A stretch of DNA of 44,273 bases. Source: a virus (lineage: Duplodnaviria > Caudoviricetes). Shown here piece by piece: positions 27,825 to 38,570 of this stretch. Made by a program: the position numbers and the translations under genes. Position 1 is the stretch's first letter, and every line of letters begins with the position of its first letter. The notes under the pieces were generated by a model that did not search any database, was not told where the DNA came from, and saw nothing but the letters and a program-made list of their open reading frames with translations. Location of the stretch: IMG/VR virus record IMGVR_UViG_3300019754_000008, positions 1-44,273 of that record, one strand, 5' to 3'.

Positions 27825-30578
27825 CTAGTTTAAATTTTGAAGGTTGTAAATTTCACGAATATTAAATATTTCACCCTCACCTACTATATGTACTGATAAA
27901 CCCTTGCCTTCTTGTTTACCTGCTGGTAAGTTTAATTCTGCTACACTAGAAGTAACTAAACTTTCTTCCTCATGGTCTACAACTAAAACACCATCTAAAT
28001 ATACTTTAAAAGCAAATGAGCCAATATAAGATACACTAACTTTAGAGAATGCTTTAATAGTATCATAATGCTGATTAATGAGTAATGGACTATGATACTC
28101 AAGTGTTCTTAAATTATCTGCATCATTATATATGTCAAGTAAATTAGTTCCATTAGCACCTATTAAATTAGTTCCATCTAGTTGCAGTTGAGTTAAATTA
28201 TCTCTGCTAACTATTTTAAAAGATGGTGTAGTATAACTAAAATCTGCTGTAAGTATACCATTCTCACAAATACAATAATATACATCACCATTAACTAGCG
28301 AGCTATATACATCGCCTAGTGCACTAACATTTACTCTAGATTTAGTTATATTTTGTACAGATGCACCTAGTGACATCATAAGCCCTTGTGATGCTAGCCA
28401 TATGCTTGCATTCTTAATGTTCTGTACAGATTTATAGCTAACACAATTTATAGACTTAGATAGTATTGCAGAGCTAAAATTATTCTTATTTAGCCCACCA
28501 ACTATGTATACACTTGGGTTATCTGTAAATACTAATATACCTATAGGTGTAACAGCAAGTCCTGATATAGTATCATTAAATCTTAGGTAGTTAAAAGCAT
28601 TCCATGAATTTGGTTTACCTGGTGATGTAAAGTACATTCTATTATCTTTATATGCAAAGAAAGTACCTCTGTTTTCAGTTAACCCAGTTAGCCCTTCTAT
28701 AACATCTCCTGATAAGTAAGTATCAAGATTAAAGCTTAATGTAGTACCATGCAATTGGTCATCATAAGTTGCAGTTAAGCCATATCCAGGGTTATCTAAT
28801 TCTGCTACTAATCTATATATTGTAGTATAGCCACCTATTCTATATAGTCGTATTTTGTCTACAAACTCATTATCTATACCTGCCATATTGTTAATTTTAA
28901 TAGACTGAGTTGTAGCAAACCATAAATCACTATATATAGGGTCTGACTCAAAGCCTGACTCTGTGCTATAGTAAGTATAACAATAATTATACTCTGTTTG
29001 CATCTCTGTATTTATTTCATCTACTCCTATAGCTTCAACTGTAGGTGCTACTGTAGGTTTAGGTATTGTTGCATCACTTATTGTTATAGCTGCATCTTTG
29101 TACCTAACCATTTGAAAGCCATCTGTATCAGAAGTAAAAAATAAAAACCCATTCATTTTAGCATAATGCCTATAATCAGTAGATGATACTAAATGCTTTT
29201 CAGTATCACCAATTAACCTAGTTTTTATAAAATAGTTATCTGTTAATTCTTGAATAATAGTATCGCCATTTAGTGATTTCATTGTACCACTACTTAAATC
29301 TATATTAGTATATACTTGGCCTTCATTTTTTCTTAATAAGTGTGGGGCTGTTATATTATTTAAGCCGCCTCTAAAATCTGTGTAACTGCTTTGCATCTCT
29401 GCCTCCTCTTTACTGTAGTCTACAGTTGTATCATATATACTATTGTTTAATTGCTTACTTGCTGTATTATAAGAGCCCATGTAGTTAGCTGAACTGCTAA
29501 CTAATGTTGTTATACTGTTAGTATCATTTCTACTTATATTTAAGCTGCTATAACCACCGCCATCACCATCTATTCCTAAGTCTTCAATAGCACCTAGTGC
29601 TTCCATGTCTAAACCATACTTATCTGCTATACTTTGGAATGTGCTGAATACTGTATAAGCAGTAACTGCAAATACTGCAAAACTTAGTGCACTATTATAT
29701 TGGCTTATTACAGATATAGCTTGCATTGATGTATATACACCATAAACTACACCTGCTATAGCTATTGTAGCTTTAACATTATTGTATGTATCTGCAGATA
29801 TGGCACCGTTTGCATATGCTACATCAGCAGCTACATCAGCAGCTTGAAGAGCTACAGCAGCAATAGGAGCCCCAATAATTAAGCTTATTGCTATCTTAGC
29901 TATGCCTATTGCTATATCAACATTAAGCTCATTTACCTCAAAGTCTAAAGCTTCTAAAGTATCTGCAGCTATCTCTTCAACAAAGCCAAAAGTATCACCT
30001 ATACCTAGTTCTTTATCTGCCCATGCTGCTATATGAGTATCTACAGCAATGCCTAATGCATTTACATGGTCTACTACAGATACTCCTGTATTTGGGTTAT
30101 AGTAAGATGAGTAACTGTATACACCGTTGAAAGCCATAATTCCTTCAATACTATATCCTGCCTGGTCTGCTGCTTCTGTCTCTGTTCCAAAACCATTGAA
30201 GCCTGCATTTTGTGTGTCAAAGTCTGTTTGCTCTTGCCCTAAAGGAGTATTTTCTCCAATACCACGCAACTCACCAAACCCATTATAATCATTTATGTCA
30301 GTAGAGCCACCAAAGATACTACCTTCAGGTGCTGATGCAGGTGTGCCATACTCATTAGCATCAGGCGAGGCATTTTGATTATAACCGCCGCTTGGCCCAG
30401 TACCACCTATATCGCCTGTATTATTGTTGTCATTAGACCCGCCTTCACCATTTGCACCTGAGCCACTACCTGTATCTCCACTAGAGTTACCATCCATGCC
30501 TCCAGCATTAGAGTCATCACCAAAGCCATAAAACTTTGATAGCTGCTCTAAAGGGTTATACTTTAGCGGTGCTCGCAT
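27825..30578 (-). CDS. Tail nozzle/tubular B-like protein with a 394-aa N-terminal low-complexity and hydrophobic extension; probable internal start at 29396
   Basis: C-terminal part begins MQSSYTDFRGGLN..PHLL and has beta-propeller-like YFTSPGKPNSW; GAGGAGG RBS before ATG 29396. Confidence 0.65.
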   Translation of the reverse strand: MRAPLKYNPLEQLSKFYGFGDDSNAGGMDGNSSGDTGSGSGANGEGGSNDNNNTGDIGGTGPSGGYNQNASPDANEYGTPASAPEGSIFGGSTDINDYNGFGELRGIGENTPLGQEQTDFDTQNAGFNGFGTETEAADQAGYSIEGIMAFNGVYSYSSYYNPNTGVSVVDHVNALGIAVDTHIAAWADKELGIGDTFGFVEEIAADTLEALDFEVNELNVDIAIGIAKIAISLIIGAPIAAVALQAADVAADVAYANGAISADTYNNVKATIAIAGVVYGVYTSMQAISVISQYNSALSFAVFAVTAYTVFSTFQSIADKYGLDMEALGAIEDLGIDGDGGGYSSLNISRNDTNSITTLVSSSANYMGSYNTASKQLNNSIYDTTVDYSKEEAEMQSSYTDFRGGLNNITAPHLLRKNEGQVYTNIDLSSGTMKSLNGDTIIQELTDNYFIKTRLIGDTEKHLVSSTDYRHYAKMNGFLFFTSDTDGFQMVRYKDAAITISDATIPKPTVAPTVEAIGVDEINTEMQTEYNYCYTYYSTESGFESDPIYSDLWFATTQSIKINNMAGIDNEFVDKIRLYRIGGYTTIYRLVAELDNPGYGLTATYDDQLHGTTLSFNLDTYLSGDVIEGLTGLTENRGTFFAYKDNRMYFTSPGKPNSWNAFNYLRFNDTISGLAVTPIGILVFTDNPSVYIVGGLNKNNFSSAILSKSINCVSYKSVQNIKNASIWLASQGLMMSLGASVQNITKSRVNVSALGDVYSSLVNGDVYYCICENGILTADFSYTTPSFKIVSRDNLTQLQLDGTNLIGANGTNLLDIYNDADNLRTLEYHSPLLINQHYDTIKAFSKVSVSYIGSFAFKVYLDGVLVVDHEEESLVTSSVAELNLPAGKQEGKGLSVHIVGEGEIFNIREIYNLQNLN

Positions 30579-30877
30579 TAATCTACATCTCCAGTAGTTC
30601 TAGAAGTATCAATAGTGCCATCATTGTCTAAGTAGCTATGTGTGTGAGATTTAAGTGCATCTAGCTCAGTCCTAAGCGCCTGAATTTCAGTAAGTAATGC
30701 AGTTGTAAAGCTAGCCGTAGTAGCATTAAGTACTGTAAAATTAGAGTGTGTATGGCTATAATCTAATAATAGCTGATTTATGCTATCTAGTATAGTTTTA
30801 TTACTATGTGAGTGACTAACTACTGAAGTATTAGCAGTTAAATTTCTAGTCTTTTTAAGAGTATTAGCTTTCTCCAT
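30578..30877 (-). CDS. Small HxH-repeat virion protein
   Basis: SHSHSN, SHTHSN, SHTHSY repeats. Confidence 0.6.
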   Translation of the reverse strand: MEKANTLKKTRNLTANTSVVSHSHSNKTILDSINQLLLDYSHTHSNFTVLNATTASFTTALLTEIQALRTELDALKSHTHSYLDNDGTIDTSRTTGDVD

Positions 30878-30919
30878 TACTTACCTTTATGTGTATTAAG
30901 CTTCATATGTTACCATACT

Positions 30920-31333
30920 CTAGCCTTTAAATACTTTAACTGTATCACTATTTCTTACATCTACGTGAACCCAAGTCATACCTTTAAAATCTTCTATGCC
31001 ATTAACATAAGGAAACTCATCTGGGTGCTGTATAATATAGTTTCTTACATAAGCTTCATCATAAGCACTAAATTTCATATCTACTGCTCTACCAAATGTA
31101 TGTTGGCTTGTCTCTGAATAATCAGGACTAGCAGGAGTCCTTAAACAACTCCAGTTTCTATTGCCATCCCACAACCAATTATTAATAGTAATAGTGCCTT
31201 TAGAGAATATAGCTTTTAAAGTATCTATAGTCTCTATTAACCTAGCATCTATTAACTCCCAAGACCTATCACCTCTTTCTTCATAAATATGCTTAGGGAC
31301 AAGCTCTTGTATCTTAAAACTATTACTAATCAT
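30920..31333 (-). CDS. Endolysin, peptidase M15 family
   Basis: R..SQHxxGRAVD..WVHVDVR Zn-peptidase motifs. Confidence 0.85.
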   Translation of the reverse strand: MISNSFKIQELVPKHIYEERGDRSWELIDARLIETIDTLKAIFSKGTITINNWLWDGNRNWSCLRTPASPDYSETSQHTFGRAVDMKFSAYDEAYVRNYIIQHPDEFPYVNGIEDFKGMTWVHVDVRNSDTVKVFKG

Positions 31334-31803
31334 TGTTTACCCCAATGTGAAATTAAATATGTGACTCCACTAGCACCTAGTGCAACAAAAAAGCCTTTTA
31401 AAACCATTTCCCATCTCTTAGCTGGTTTACTTTTAGCTTCATCCCTATCTGCTTCTAAGTTATCTATCCTCTTTACATTATGGTTTAGTTCATTATCATG
31501 TGTTTCTCTAAACTTATTAAACGCTGGACAACCAATATTAGTCTGCAACTCTTCTATCTTTGCAACCCTAGTTTTTACTTCATCAATAACATGATAGACT
31601 CTCTTGTTAGCATCAGTATGTGTCTTTTCCATGTGAGCCAATTTTTCAAACAATACTACAAACTTATTAACATCAGCTTGTATCAAATCAAGCTTACCAT
31701 CTGTCTTATCAACAAACTTCTCATGTCTATCATTCATCTTGTCTATGCTTTCATTAAGCCTTTCTATAGCTATTACTACCATTGACTCACTATCAACTGA
31801 CAT
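31330..31803 (-). CDS. Coiled-coil protein with C-terminal TM (lysis cassette)
   Basis: Between holin and endolysin; C-terminal hydrophobic helix. Confidence 0.6.
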   Translation of the reverse strand: MSVDSESMVVIAIERLNESIDKMNDRHEKFVDKTDGKLDLIQADVNKFVVLFEKLAHMEKTHTDANKRVYHVIDEVKTRVAKIEELQTNIGCPAFNKFRETHDNELNHNVKRIDNLEADRDEAKSKPAKRWEMVLKGFFVALGASGVTYLISHWGKQ

Positions 31804-32246
31804 TACTTTTCACCTTGTTTCCACAGTTGTACTGCTTTTTCTATACTTCTACCACTTATGTATCCACCTATACCTAGTTTAAGTACTGCCCACATATCTT
31901 CTGTAATTGGTTTTACTGGTAGTACAACATCAAATAAAACTTGAATATAAGGGGATATAATATACTCGTTAGCTATTATGAAGCCAAATAGCAACATAAG
32001 CATAGGCCTCCAGTTCCTTTGTAAGCTACTGCCACCCATCTCAGTTATAATCACATCTTTCTTAGCTTGTATAACTTCTGACATAGCTTTTATAAGTGTA
32101 GTTTTTAATTCATTCCTTACTTGCTCCAATAGGTTTTTAGCATTTAGTCTTTCATCATCAGAAGTAAATATCTTGTCAATAGTATTTCCTACGCTATCTA
32201 CAACTTTGTCTACACCAGTTTCAATAAGTCCACTAAACCAACTCAT
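31803..32246 (-). CDS. Holin (3TM/GTA-holin family)
   Basis: IDKIFTSDDER, RNWRP, LGIGGY..RSIEK. Confidence 0.85.
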   Translation of the reverse strand: MSWFSGLIETGVDKVVDSVGNTIDKIFTSDDERLNAKNLLEQVRNELKTTLIKAMSEVIQAKKDVIITEMGGSSLQRNWRPMLMLLFGFIIANEYIISPYIQVLFDVVLPVKPITEDMWAVLKLGIGGYISGRSIEKAVQLWKQGEK

Positions 32247-32247
32247 C

Positions 32248-32496
32248 TTATTCTCCTAAACTTTTACTACAATGGTCTTTCTCAAACCTATTTAAGAAAC
32301 AACATAGTTTCTTATCAAGCCATGTCCCTTTACCGTCTTGTATCTTTCTTCCAGTATAGCTACTGATAGTTTCATCTTGTGAGCCATTTAGAAGCAAGAC
32401 ATTAAACATTTGGTCTAACACTAAAATGAAACGCATAAAGCGTGACCTCTTAGCTATGTCATTGTCGAACTTTTTAAACAGCTTTTGTTTTGACAT
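32248..32496 (-). CDS. Conserved phage hypothetical protein
   Basis: DQMFNV..G..DETISS..DHC motif. Confidence 0.7.
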   Translation of the reverse strand: MSKQKLFKKFDNDIAKRSRFMRFILVLDQMFNVLLLNGSQDETISSYTGRKIQDGKGTWLDKKLCCFLNRFEKDHCSKSLGE

Positions 32497-33089
32497 TACT
32501 TATACTCCCATAAAGCAGTTTGCTCTAATCCTGCTAATCTACAAGCTTCCTTTAGCTCTTCTTTAGTAACCTCAGTCATAACTCCTGATGCACTATCAGC
32601 TAAGCTCCATTGAGTTGTAGATAAGTCTTCCATAAGAACCCACGTTCTACCCATTCTAATCTGTGATTGTTCATCACCATCAAACTTTTTTCCATTAACT
32701 TCAACTACTATTTCAGATACTGCTTCTGCTCTTGATGCTTTCCAATCTTCTAAAGCTTGTGCATCAATATCATCTTGTATCTTTACTAAGTTAGGTTGAT
32801 GTATACCATCTACATCTACTGTAGTAAGGTAGTAGTTATAGTAACTACCATCTTCTTTAGTTGCTAGGCTGTCTAGAATAGCTCTCTTGTGAGTGTTTAC
32901 AGTACCATCTTCATTAATAGGGCTAATTTCTTTAAGCAAAGGAAAGTCCCCAAGCACTTCTTTTACATCAAAACCAATTGGTGTATTAAACCAAGGTGCA
33001 ACTCTCTCATCAGTTTCTTGGTAGCAATTGTCACTATCTTTTGTTAATGACTGCTTGTATGTTGTTATATCTAAATATCTCATTTCCAT
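32496..33089 (-). CDS. DUF4376-like tail fibre-associated protein
   Basis: IVVEVNGKKFDGDEQSQIRM..WSLAD..EL..A..Q..LW. Confidence 0.75.
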   Translation of the reverse strand: MEMRYLDITTYKQSLTKDSDNCYQETDERVAPWFNTPIGFDVKEVLGDFPLLKEISPINEDGTVNTHKRAILDSLATKEDGSYYNYYLTTVDVDGIHQPNLVKIQDDIDAQALEDWKASRAEAVSEIVVEVNGKKFDGDEQSQIRMGRTWVLMEDLSTTQWSLADSASGVMTEVTKEELKEACRLAGLEQTALWEYK

Positions 33090-35350
33090 TTTCCTTTTAC
33101 TATAAAGCTAACATATGAATTCTGTGATGACCAAGAAGTACTTCCAATCCATGATACTTGTAATTGAGTAGTTGTTATTTGTGTTGGAGCAATTCTTGCA
33201 AAAGATGCTCCAGCATTAGAAACAAATCCAGCACAGCCAACACCCTCAGGTGTAGAAATGAAAGCTATTGGAAAAGTACAAATAAGAGTAGTAGTTGATT
33301 GTTGCAAATTTCCTGCTAATGCACTTGATGTTGTAGCAATTTTATTTATTCTAACTATTAAATCACCGTTTGGATATTTTGTATATGAGTCATTGTCAGT
33401 ACTCCCAGAAATAGTTCCATCAGGATATATCTTTGCTGTTGGGTTTGCTCCTACTGCATCTATATCAACATAAGCAACGCCATCCCAGTCTTGGCCCTCT
33501 GATAAAACTTCTGAAGTAACTAAAACCCTATCATCTGTGTTTACTGGAACAATATCAGCATTAATTATATTTACACCATCATTTCTAAGTTTAACAGATA
33601 CACCTGCACTTACAGTCACACCTGTGCCTGTTGTAGGTATAACTTGTAAGTTTTGAAGTGTGTTATTTACAAATATAATCTCGTTATGCTCCACTAAATC
33701 AACTACTATACTTCTAGTTGATGTTAAACGAACTCCAGTGTCTGTTATTTCTATTCTTCCAAACTTGTTTTGTTCTGGTGTTAATGTATAATATGCGTCT
33801 GATGTCATATTATGAGTTACTGATTTGTCTCTTTCAAGGTTTAAATATGTAACATCTACCCAAGAAGGAACACTTCCGTTTGTTTGTAGAAATTTATTTG
33901 CATTGCCGGCTTGGCTAGGCAATACATCTCCACTACCTTGTGAAGCTGTTATATCTGTTTGCCTCCAGTCAACGTACAAATCACCAGAGCCTGTTAAAGT
34001 CAAATTTCCTGAGCTGTTAAGTATAATTGAATATAATGGAACAAACTCAAGTGCAGGTAAACCTACTAGGAATAGTTGTTTTAACTCTATTAAAGCAGCA
34101 TCTTTCGCATCAGCTGCATTCAAAAATTCATTTTGTCCAAGAACTTTAACTACTGGAAATTCACTGTCATTCGTTGCAAATATATGAACCAATGTATACT
34201 TGCCTAGACCTATTTCTGTTAACTTCCAAGTTGCTCCAGTGTATTCATTGTAGTTTGGCCTTATATTTGTTATGTACGCTAAATCTAATCCGTCAGCAAC
34301 ACCTCTCCAAGCATCTCCATCCATATACCAGAATGGAGTGTTTGTTGATATTCCTGGCAGTATGTTTATATCTTCATCTTTTATCCAGCCACCATCAACT
34401 TGTGTATATGTTGAACTTCCTACAGCTAATCCACTTATTCCAAAGCCACTTATATATTGTGTACCTTGTGTTAGATGTGCCCACACATGAGTATCTCCAT
34501 CCATTTTAATTCCGTGTCTCTCATTAGCAAATATAACTTTTTCGCCTGTTGTAGCATTACCATAAGCAAACGCACATACAGCATAATCTCTGAATATAGT
34601 TGCTGCTGACTCTAACATATAGTTAAGCCCAGTTGCATCCATGTAGAAGTAATGCTCTCCGCTTACAATATCAGGAATTACTGTCTGTCTTCCAGAGTTC
34701 GTATATTTAGTTCCTGCTATCCACCATGTTACTGGAGTTATTCCATCTACAGGGTATATACTAAATTGGTATGGATTTGCTATATCTATAACATCGCCAT
34801 TACCCCAATTAGTTTGTCCAGTTAATTTACTAAATGCGTTATTTTGGTCAATCTTGTGTACTGTATATGTAGTGGCTGGTGCTTCAACTACAGCTAGCTC
34901 CATTATACCTAATTCAGCAACAATGTCATGATTAAAACCTGTTGGCTCATTCATTGCTTCTCTTGCTTTTCTGACATATATTTCAGCATCTGCAGCGTCT
35001 AAAGCTGCCTGAGGGGCATCTATAATAGCTTGTATATTAGTAGCACATGTATTTACTGCTGCTACATTATTGCCTACTATAATTACATTGCCTATGTTAT
35101 CTGCTACTATTACTGTTTTAGCAATATTAGCAGCTACTGTACCTATTGCTGCAAGGCCTTCTGGCCCTAAACTAGCTAAAGCATCATTTAAATCTTGCAG
35201 AGTAGTAAACTCATCTATAGGCAATGAAGCTAAATTAACTTTATTAAGCACTACTGCTTTGCCACCACGCATTTGAGCTATAGTTCCGATACCCCACTCT
35301 ATATCTTCTGCAGTAGCTTTATTAAAATATAATTTTGTTATTGTACTCAC
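33080..35350 (-). CDS. Tail fibre / receptor-binding protein
   Basis: VAANI-type shaft repeats, LPSQAGNANKFLQTNG linker, C-terminal YTKYPNG..TFPIAF domain. Confidence 0.85.
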   Translation of the reverse strand: MSTITKLYFNKATAEDIEWGIGTIAQMRGGKAVVLNKVNLASLPIDEFTTLQDLNDALASLGPEGLAAIGTVAANIAKTVIVADNIGNVIIVGNNVAAVNTCATNIQAIIDAPQAALDAADAEIYVRKAREAMNEPTGFNHDIVAELGIMELAVVEAPATTYTVHKIDQNNAFSKLTGQTNWGNGDVIDIANPYQFSIYPVDGITPVTWWIAGTKYTNSGRQTVIPDIVSGEHYFYMDATGLNYMLESAATIFRDYAVCAFAYGNATTGEKVIFANERHGIKMDGDTHVWAHLTQGTQYISGFGISGLAVGSSTYTQVDGGWIKDEDINILPGISTNTPFWYMDGDAWRGVADGLDLAYITNIRPNYNEYTGATWKLTEIGLGKYTLVHIFATNDSEFPVVKVLGQNEFLNAADAKDAALIELKQLFLVGLPALEFVPLYSIILNSSGNLTLTGSGDLYVDWRQTDITASQGSGDVLPSQAGNANKFLQTNGSVPSWVDVTYLNLERDKSVTHNMTSDAYYTLTPEQNKFGRIEITDTGVRLTSTRSIVVDLVEHNEIIFVNNTLQNLQVIPTTGTGVTVSAGVSVKLRNDGVNIINADIVPVNTDDRVLVTSEVLSEGQDWDGVAYVDIDAVGANPTAKIYPDGTISGSTDNDSYTKYPNGDLIVRINKIATTSSALAGNLQQSTTTLICTFPIAFISTPEGVGCAGFVSNAGASFARIAPTQITTTQLQVSWIGSTSWSSQNSYVSFIVKGKWK

Positions 35351-35359
35351 TATGTATCC

Positions 35360-36205
35360 TTATTGATTAAAAGGTGTTCTATACTTCATTTTATGCTCAC
35401 CTACATTCTGAAAGTTTTTTCCAGTTCTTCCTTTAACTTCTTGTAACGCAGCAGTAAATCTATTTAAGTATGTTTGACTTTTTGTAATAGCTTCTGTTCT
35501 ACCTTCATCTAAAAGTATATGCCCAGCAACATAATATTTAAGTGCTGTTGCATATGTATCAGATATAGGCAATTCATCAGAAAGAACATCTGCAGATACC
35601 TCCGCAGGTTTTTGAATGTATTTAATTTCTAAGAAACCAAATAAATTAGATACAGCAGTTAACCCACCCTCCTCGGGCAGTATGCTATCAGGATTGTATA
35701 CATTCTCCGGTGTGGTATATGTATATGTATCTACAGATGTAATTAAACCTTCAATATTATCTCTTTCAACACCAGGTATATCAAGTATAATACCAGTAGT
35801 GTTTGTCAAAGCGGTGAAATTAATGGCAGCCTCGCTAAGTAAAGGATATAAAGTAAGCTTACCTAGATTTTGTTTATCATATACTATTAGCTTAAGCATA
35901 TCTGTGTCAGATATTGTCTCTTCCCAAAAAGGCATTTTATTAATGTCATTGAATGTAACCATTTCAATAACTACCTGATTGTACTTAACTTGTGTAAGAA
36001 TTAACAAATCGCTAGGTAAATCTACTTCTCTTGTATAAGGGAGCACAGGGATAACAACGTTACCCCTTGTGATTTTAGCTCCTTTCGCTAGCTCTTCCAT
36101 ACCTTCATTAAGTACTTCAACCAATCTTTCATCGGACCACTTAGAAGTACCTGAACCATTAACTAATGGCCTGACTTTCTTTTCTAAGAAGTAGCTAGCA
36201 GTCAT
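35360..36205 (-). CDS. Head-tail adaptor protein (putative)
   Basis: WSDERLVEVLNEG, LPSDLL, ALKYYVAG; position after the capsid genes. Confidence 0.7.
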   Translation of the reverse strand: MTASYFLEKKVRPLVNGSGTSKWSDERLVEVLNEGMEELAKGAKITRGNVVIPVLPYTREVDLPSDLLILTQVKYNQVVIEMVTFNDINKMPFWEETISDTDMLKLIVYDKQNLGKLTLYPLLSEAAINFTALTNTTGIILDIPGVERDNIEGLITSVDTYTYTTPENVYNPDSILPEEGGLTAVSNLFGFLEIKYIQKPAEVSADVLSDELPISDTYATALKYYVAGHILLDEGRTEAITKSQTYLNRFTAALQEVKGRTGKNFQNVGEHKMKYRTPFNQ

Positions 36206-36207
36206 AA

Positions 36208-36618
36208 CTATTCTACTGACATTGCTAAGTCTGTATTTACTTCTACATACTCAACAACAACTTGTGCTTTACCTACAGTAGTAAGTGTTCCTGTAACTAC
36301 AATATTAACATCTGTAGCTACTGAATACATACCTGTACCAGTTCCTGCAACAACAGCTATAGCATCTAGTGCAAGATCGTTACCTAATTCAGCTCCACCT
36401 ACAGTTGTTCCTATATCAACAGTAGTTGATGTAGGGAATGCTTCAGTAACAACTAAGCTTACATTAGTAACTAATGCATCTTGTGGGATTGATGTAATTT
36501 TGTAATCCTCACCGGCTACTAACTGGGTAGCAAAAGGCATATTCTGCCCAAAGTTACCAACTGAAGCAACTATTTGCTTCTTACGAGAGTTTTTAACATA
36601 TTTACTTACATCTGTCAT
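36208..36618 (-). CDS. Capsid cement/decoration protein (putative)
   Basis: Beta-rich, IPQDALV..VTEAF; directly after the major capsid gene. Confidence 0.65.
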   Translation of the reverse strand: MTDVSKYVKNSRKKQIVASVGNFGQNMPFATQLVAGEDYKITSIPQDALVTNVSLVVTEAFPTSTTVDIGTTVGGAELGNDLALDAIAVVAGTGTGMYSVATDVNIVVTGTLTTVGKAQVVVEYVEVNTDLAMSVE

Positions 36619-36620
36619 TA

Positions 36621-37781
36621 TTACGCTCCACTTCTATATGTATCAAATACTGCACAACCATAGTCAAAACCAGCAACCTTAGCTTGCTCATAATCATCTA
36701 CTTCTGCAGTTAATTCTGTCTTCTTAACTTGCATCCACACTTCAAGTGCTGACTCAGAAGTAATACCAAAATCGCCAGACGGTTGATATTTGTAATCAGG
36801 CTGTTTACCGAAAGCAACTTGGAATGCACCACCACCTAGCAGTAATCCACGATTAGCTATAACACCAGACTGAGTTTGAGTTGTTCCACTGAACACACCA
36901 TTTTCATCTATAGTTCTAAGGCCTTGAATTTCAACAGCTGTCTTAAACAACTTATTACTTACAGTAGAACCAAAGAATAAGCCAGTTTCCATAATGAATA
37001 AAGAACCTATTCTAGCAACACCATGCTTGATAAGTGCATTTTGAGCACCACGCACATCAGCATTCTGATAGATAGTTTGAAACTTAGTATCCTTAAGAAG
37101 GTCAGCAATTTGGCCTCTATTAAGTATCATTAACCAACAAGAACCACCGTCTTTAATCTGATATGGATTAAGTGGACGTCTAATTGGAATACCTGTAGGA
37201 GACTCAGTATAACCTCTACCTTCAGAAATAATAGTCTCTAAATCAACTATAAATTCCCAAGTCATTTTGTCAGTAGCAGTTAATTCACCGACAGTTGCTC
37301 TGGCAGCAGGTCTAACAATATGAGAAGGAGTGCTTCCATATGCAAAACCAACACCAGCATCAAAAATCATTTGGTCTTTTGCTCTTACAAAGTTATCAGC
37401 TAACTTTGTTCTAGAGTCACCATGTTCAGTAATTGACAAATCGCCTATTTCAACACCATCAAATTTCTTACCATTATCAACAGTATATCTACCATCTTCA
37501 ATTGTAAGCTTATCACTAAACTTAAATTTAGCCTTGCCTTTACCAAAAGCTTGCTCAGAACCTCTGAAACCTGCAGTTGCTAAGTTACCATCAAAGTCAA
37601 AAACAACTGTATTTCCTTCTGACTTTCCTAAATCGTTTTTTTGATATATGATTGCATCTGCTGTTTTACCAGATAGACCATCAAAGAAAGATTTAGATTT
37701 GCTTTGAAGCATACCCTCTCTCATCCATTTATTACGGATAAGCTGAGAGCCTATATCTAATTTACCAGTACTATTACCCAT
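36621..37781 (-). CDS. Major capsid protein (DUF4043/N4-gp56-like)
   Basis: 386 aa; DLGKSEGNTVVF, LLLGGGA, DYG C-terminus; follows the scaffold gene. Confidence 0.85.
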   Translation of the reverse strand: MGNSTGKLDIGSQLIRNKWMREGMLQSKSKSFFDGLSGKTADAIIYQKNDLGKSEGNTVVFDFDGNLATAGFRGSEQAFGKGKAKFKFSDKLTIEDGRYTVDNGKKFDGVEIGDLSITEHGDSRTKLADNFVRAKDQMIFDAGVGFAYGSTPSHIVRPAARATVGELTATDKMTWEFIVDLETIISEGRGYTESPTGIPIRRPLNPYQIKDGGSCWLMILNRGQIADLLKDTKFQTIYQNADVRGAQNALIKHGVARIGSLFIMETGLFFGSTVSNKLFKTAVEIQGLRTIDENGVFSGTTQTQSGVIANRGLLLGGGAFQVAFGKQPDYKYQPSGDFGITSESALEVWMQVKKTELTAEVDDYEQAKVAGFDYGCAVFDTYRSGA

Positions 37782-37792
37782 TTATTGTTCCT

Positions 37793-38545
37793 TTAAAACA
37801 TTTCATCTTGCCAATCTTTATTGCTGTCTTTATGCTGTTCGTCTTTACTCAAGCTAGGAGTAGACCCGCCAGCAACATCGCCTAAGTTTGGTAAGTTTTC
37901 AACTTTATTATCTTTTACTGTTGTACCTTTACGAAGGTAATCAGCAACCTCTTCTAAGAAGTCTTCAAAGGACACTTTACCAGCAATAAGTTTATTAGTA
38001 ATACGAGGTGGAATGTCGTTAGAGATAACATCGTTCGTAATCTGAATATCTTTATTAAGCTCAGTAAAATTTTTCAAAACACCTTCTCTACGCTCAATTT
38101 CGGTTTGAGTACTAACCTTATCACCAGCTTCTGCAGTAAGCTTCTCTATCTGCTCTTGCTTAGCAAGCTTAGATTGCTTCTCTAGTGAATTCATCTTTAT
38201 GCGCCATGCTTCAGGGTCTTCATATTTTAGAGCATCCATTTCATCTTGGACTTCTTTAGTCAAAACTACTGGGGCATCTAATTGCTTTGTAAGTATCTCT
38301 ATTTTAGCTTCAGCTGTCTTAGCTTTACTTAATTGCTTATGAAACTCACCTGCTGTGTCACGACGTCTTTTTTCTGTGTTTGCTAACTCTTTAGTTATGT
38401 AGCCTAAAGGGTCATCAGTTTTAGCTGCTTCAGCTTTTATATTCTCTAACCAAGGGTCAACATTACGTTTGCTTTCTGTTTGCTCTTCTGCACCCGGTGT
38501 TGTCTCAGCACCTGGGATAGCAGTTTTTTCAACTGGAGTATCCAT
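37793..38545 (-). CDS. Capsid scaffolding protein (putative)
   Basis: Charged coiled coil immediately upstream of the major capsid gene. Confidence 0.7.
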   Translation of the reverse strand: MDTPVEKTAIPGAETTPGAEEQTESKRNVDPWLENIKAEAAKTDDPLGYITKELANTEKRRRDTAGEFHKQLSKAKTAEAKIEILTKQLDAPVVLTKEVQDEMDALKYEDPEAWRIKMNSLEKQSKLAKQEQIEKLTAEAGDKVSTQTEIERREGVLKNFTELNKDIQITNDVISNDIPPRITNKLIAGKVSFEDFLEEVADYLRKGTTVKDNKVENLPNLGDVAGGSTPSLSKDEQHKDSNKDWQDEMF

Positions 38546-38570
38546 TTTATTCCTTTTTATAATATACCAT

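Noticed and set aside
33080-35350. Diversity-generating retroelement or invertase system acting on the tail fibre
   Set aside because: No reverse transcriptase, recombinase or duplicated template region seen
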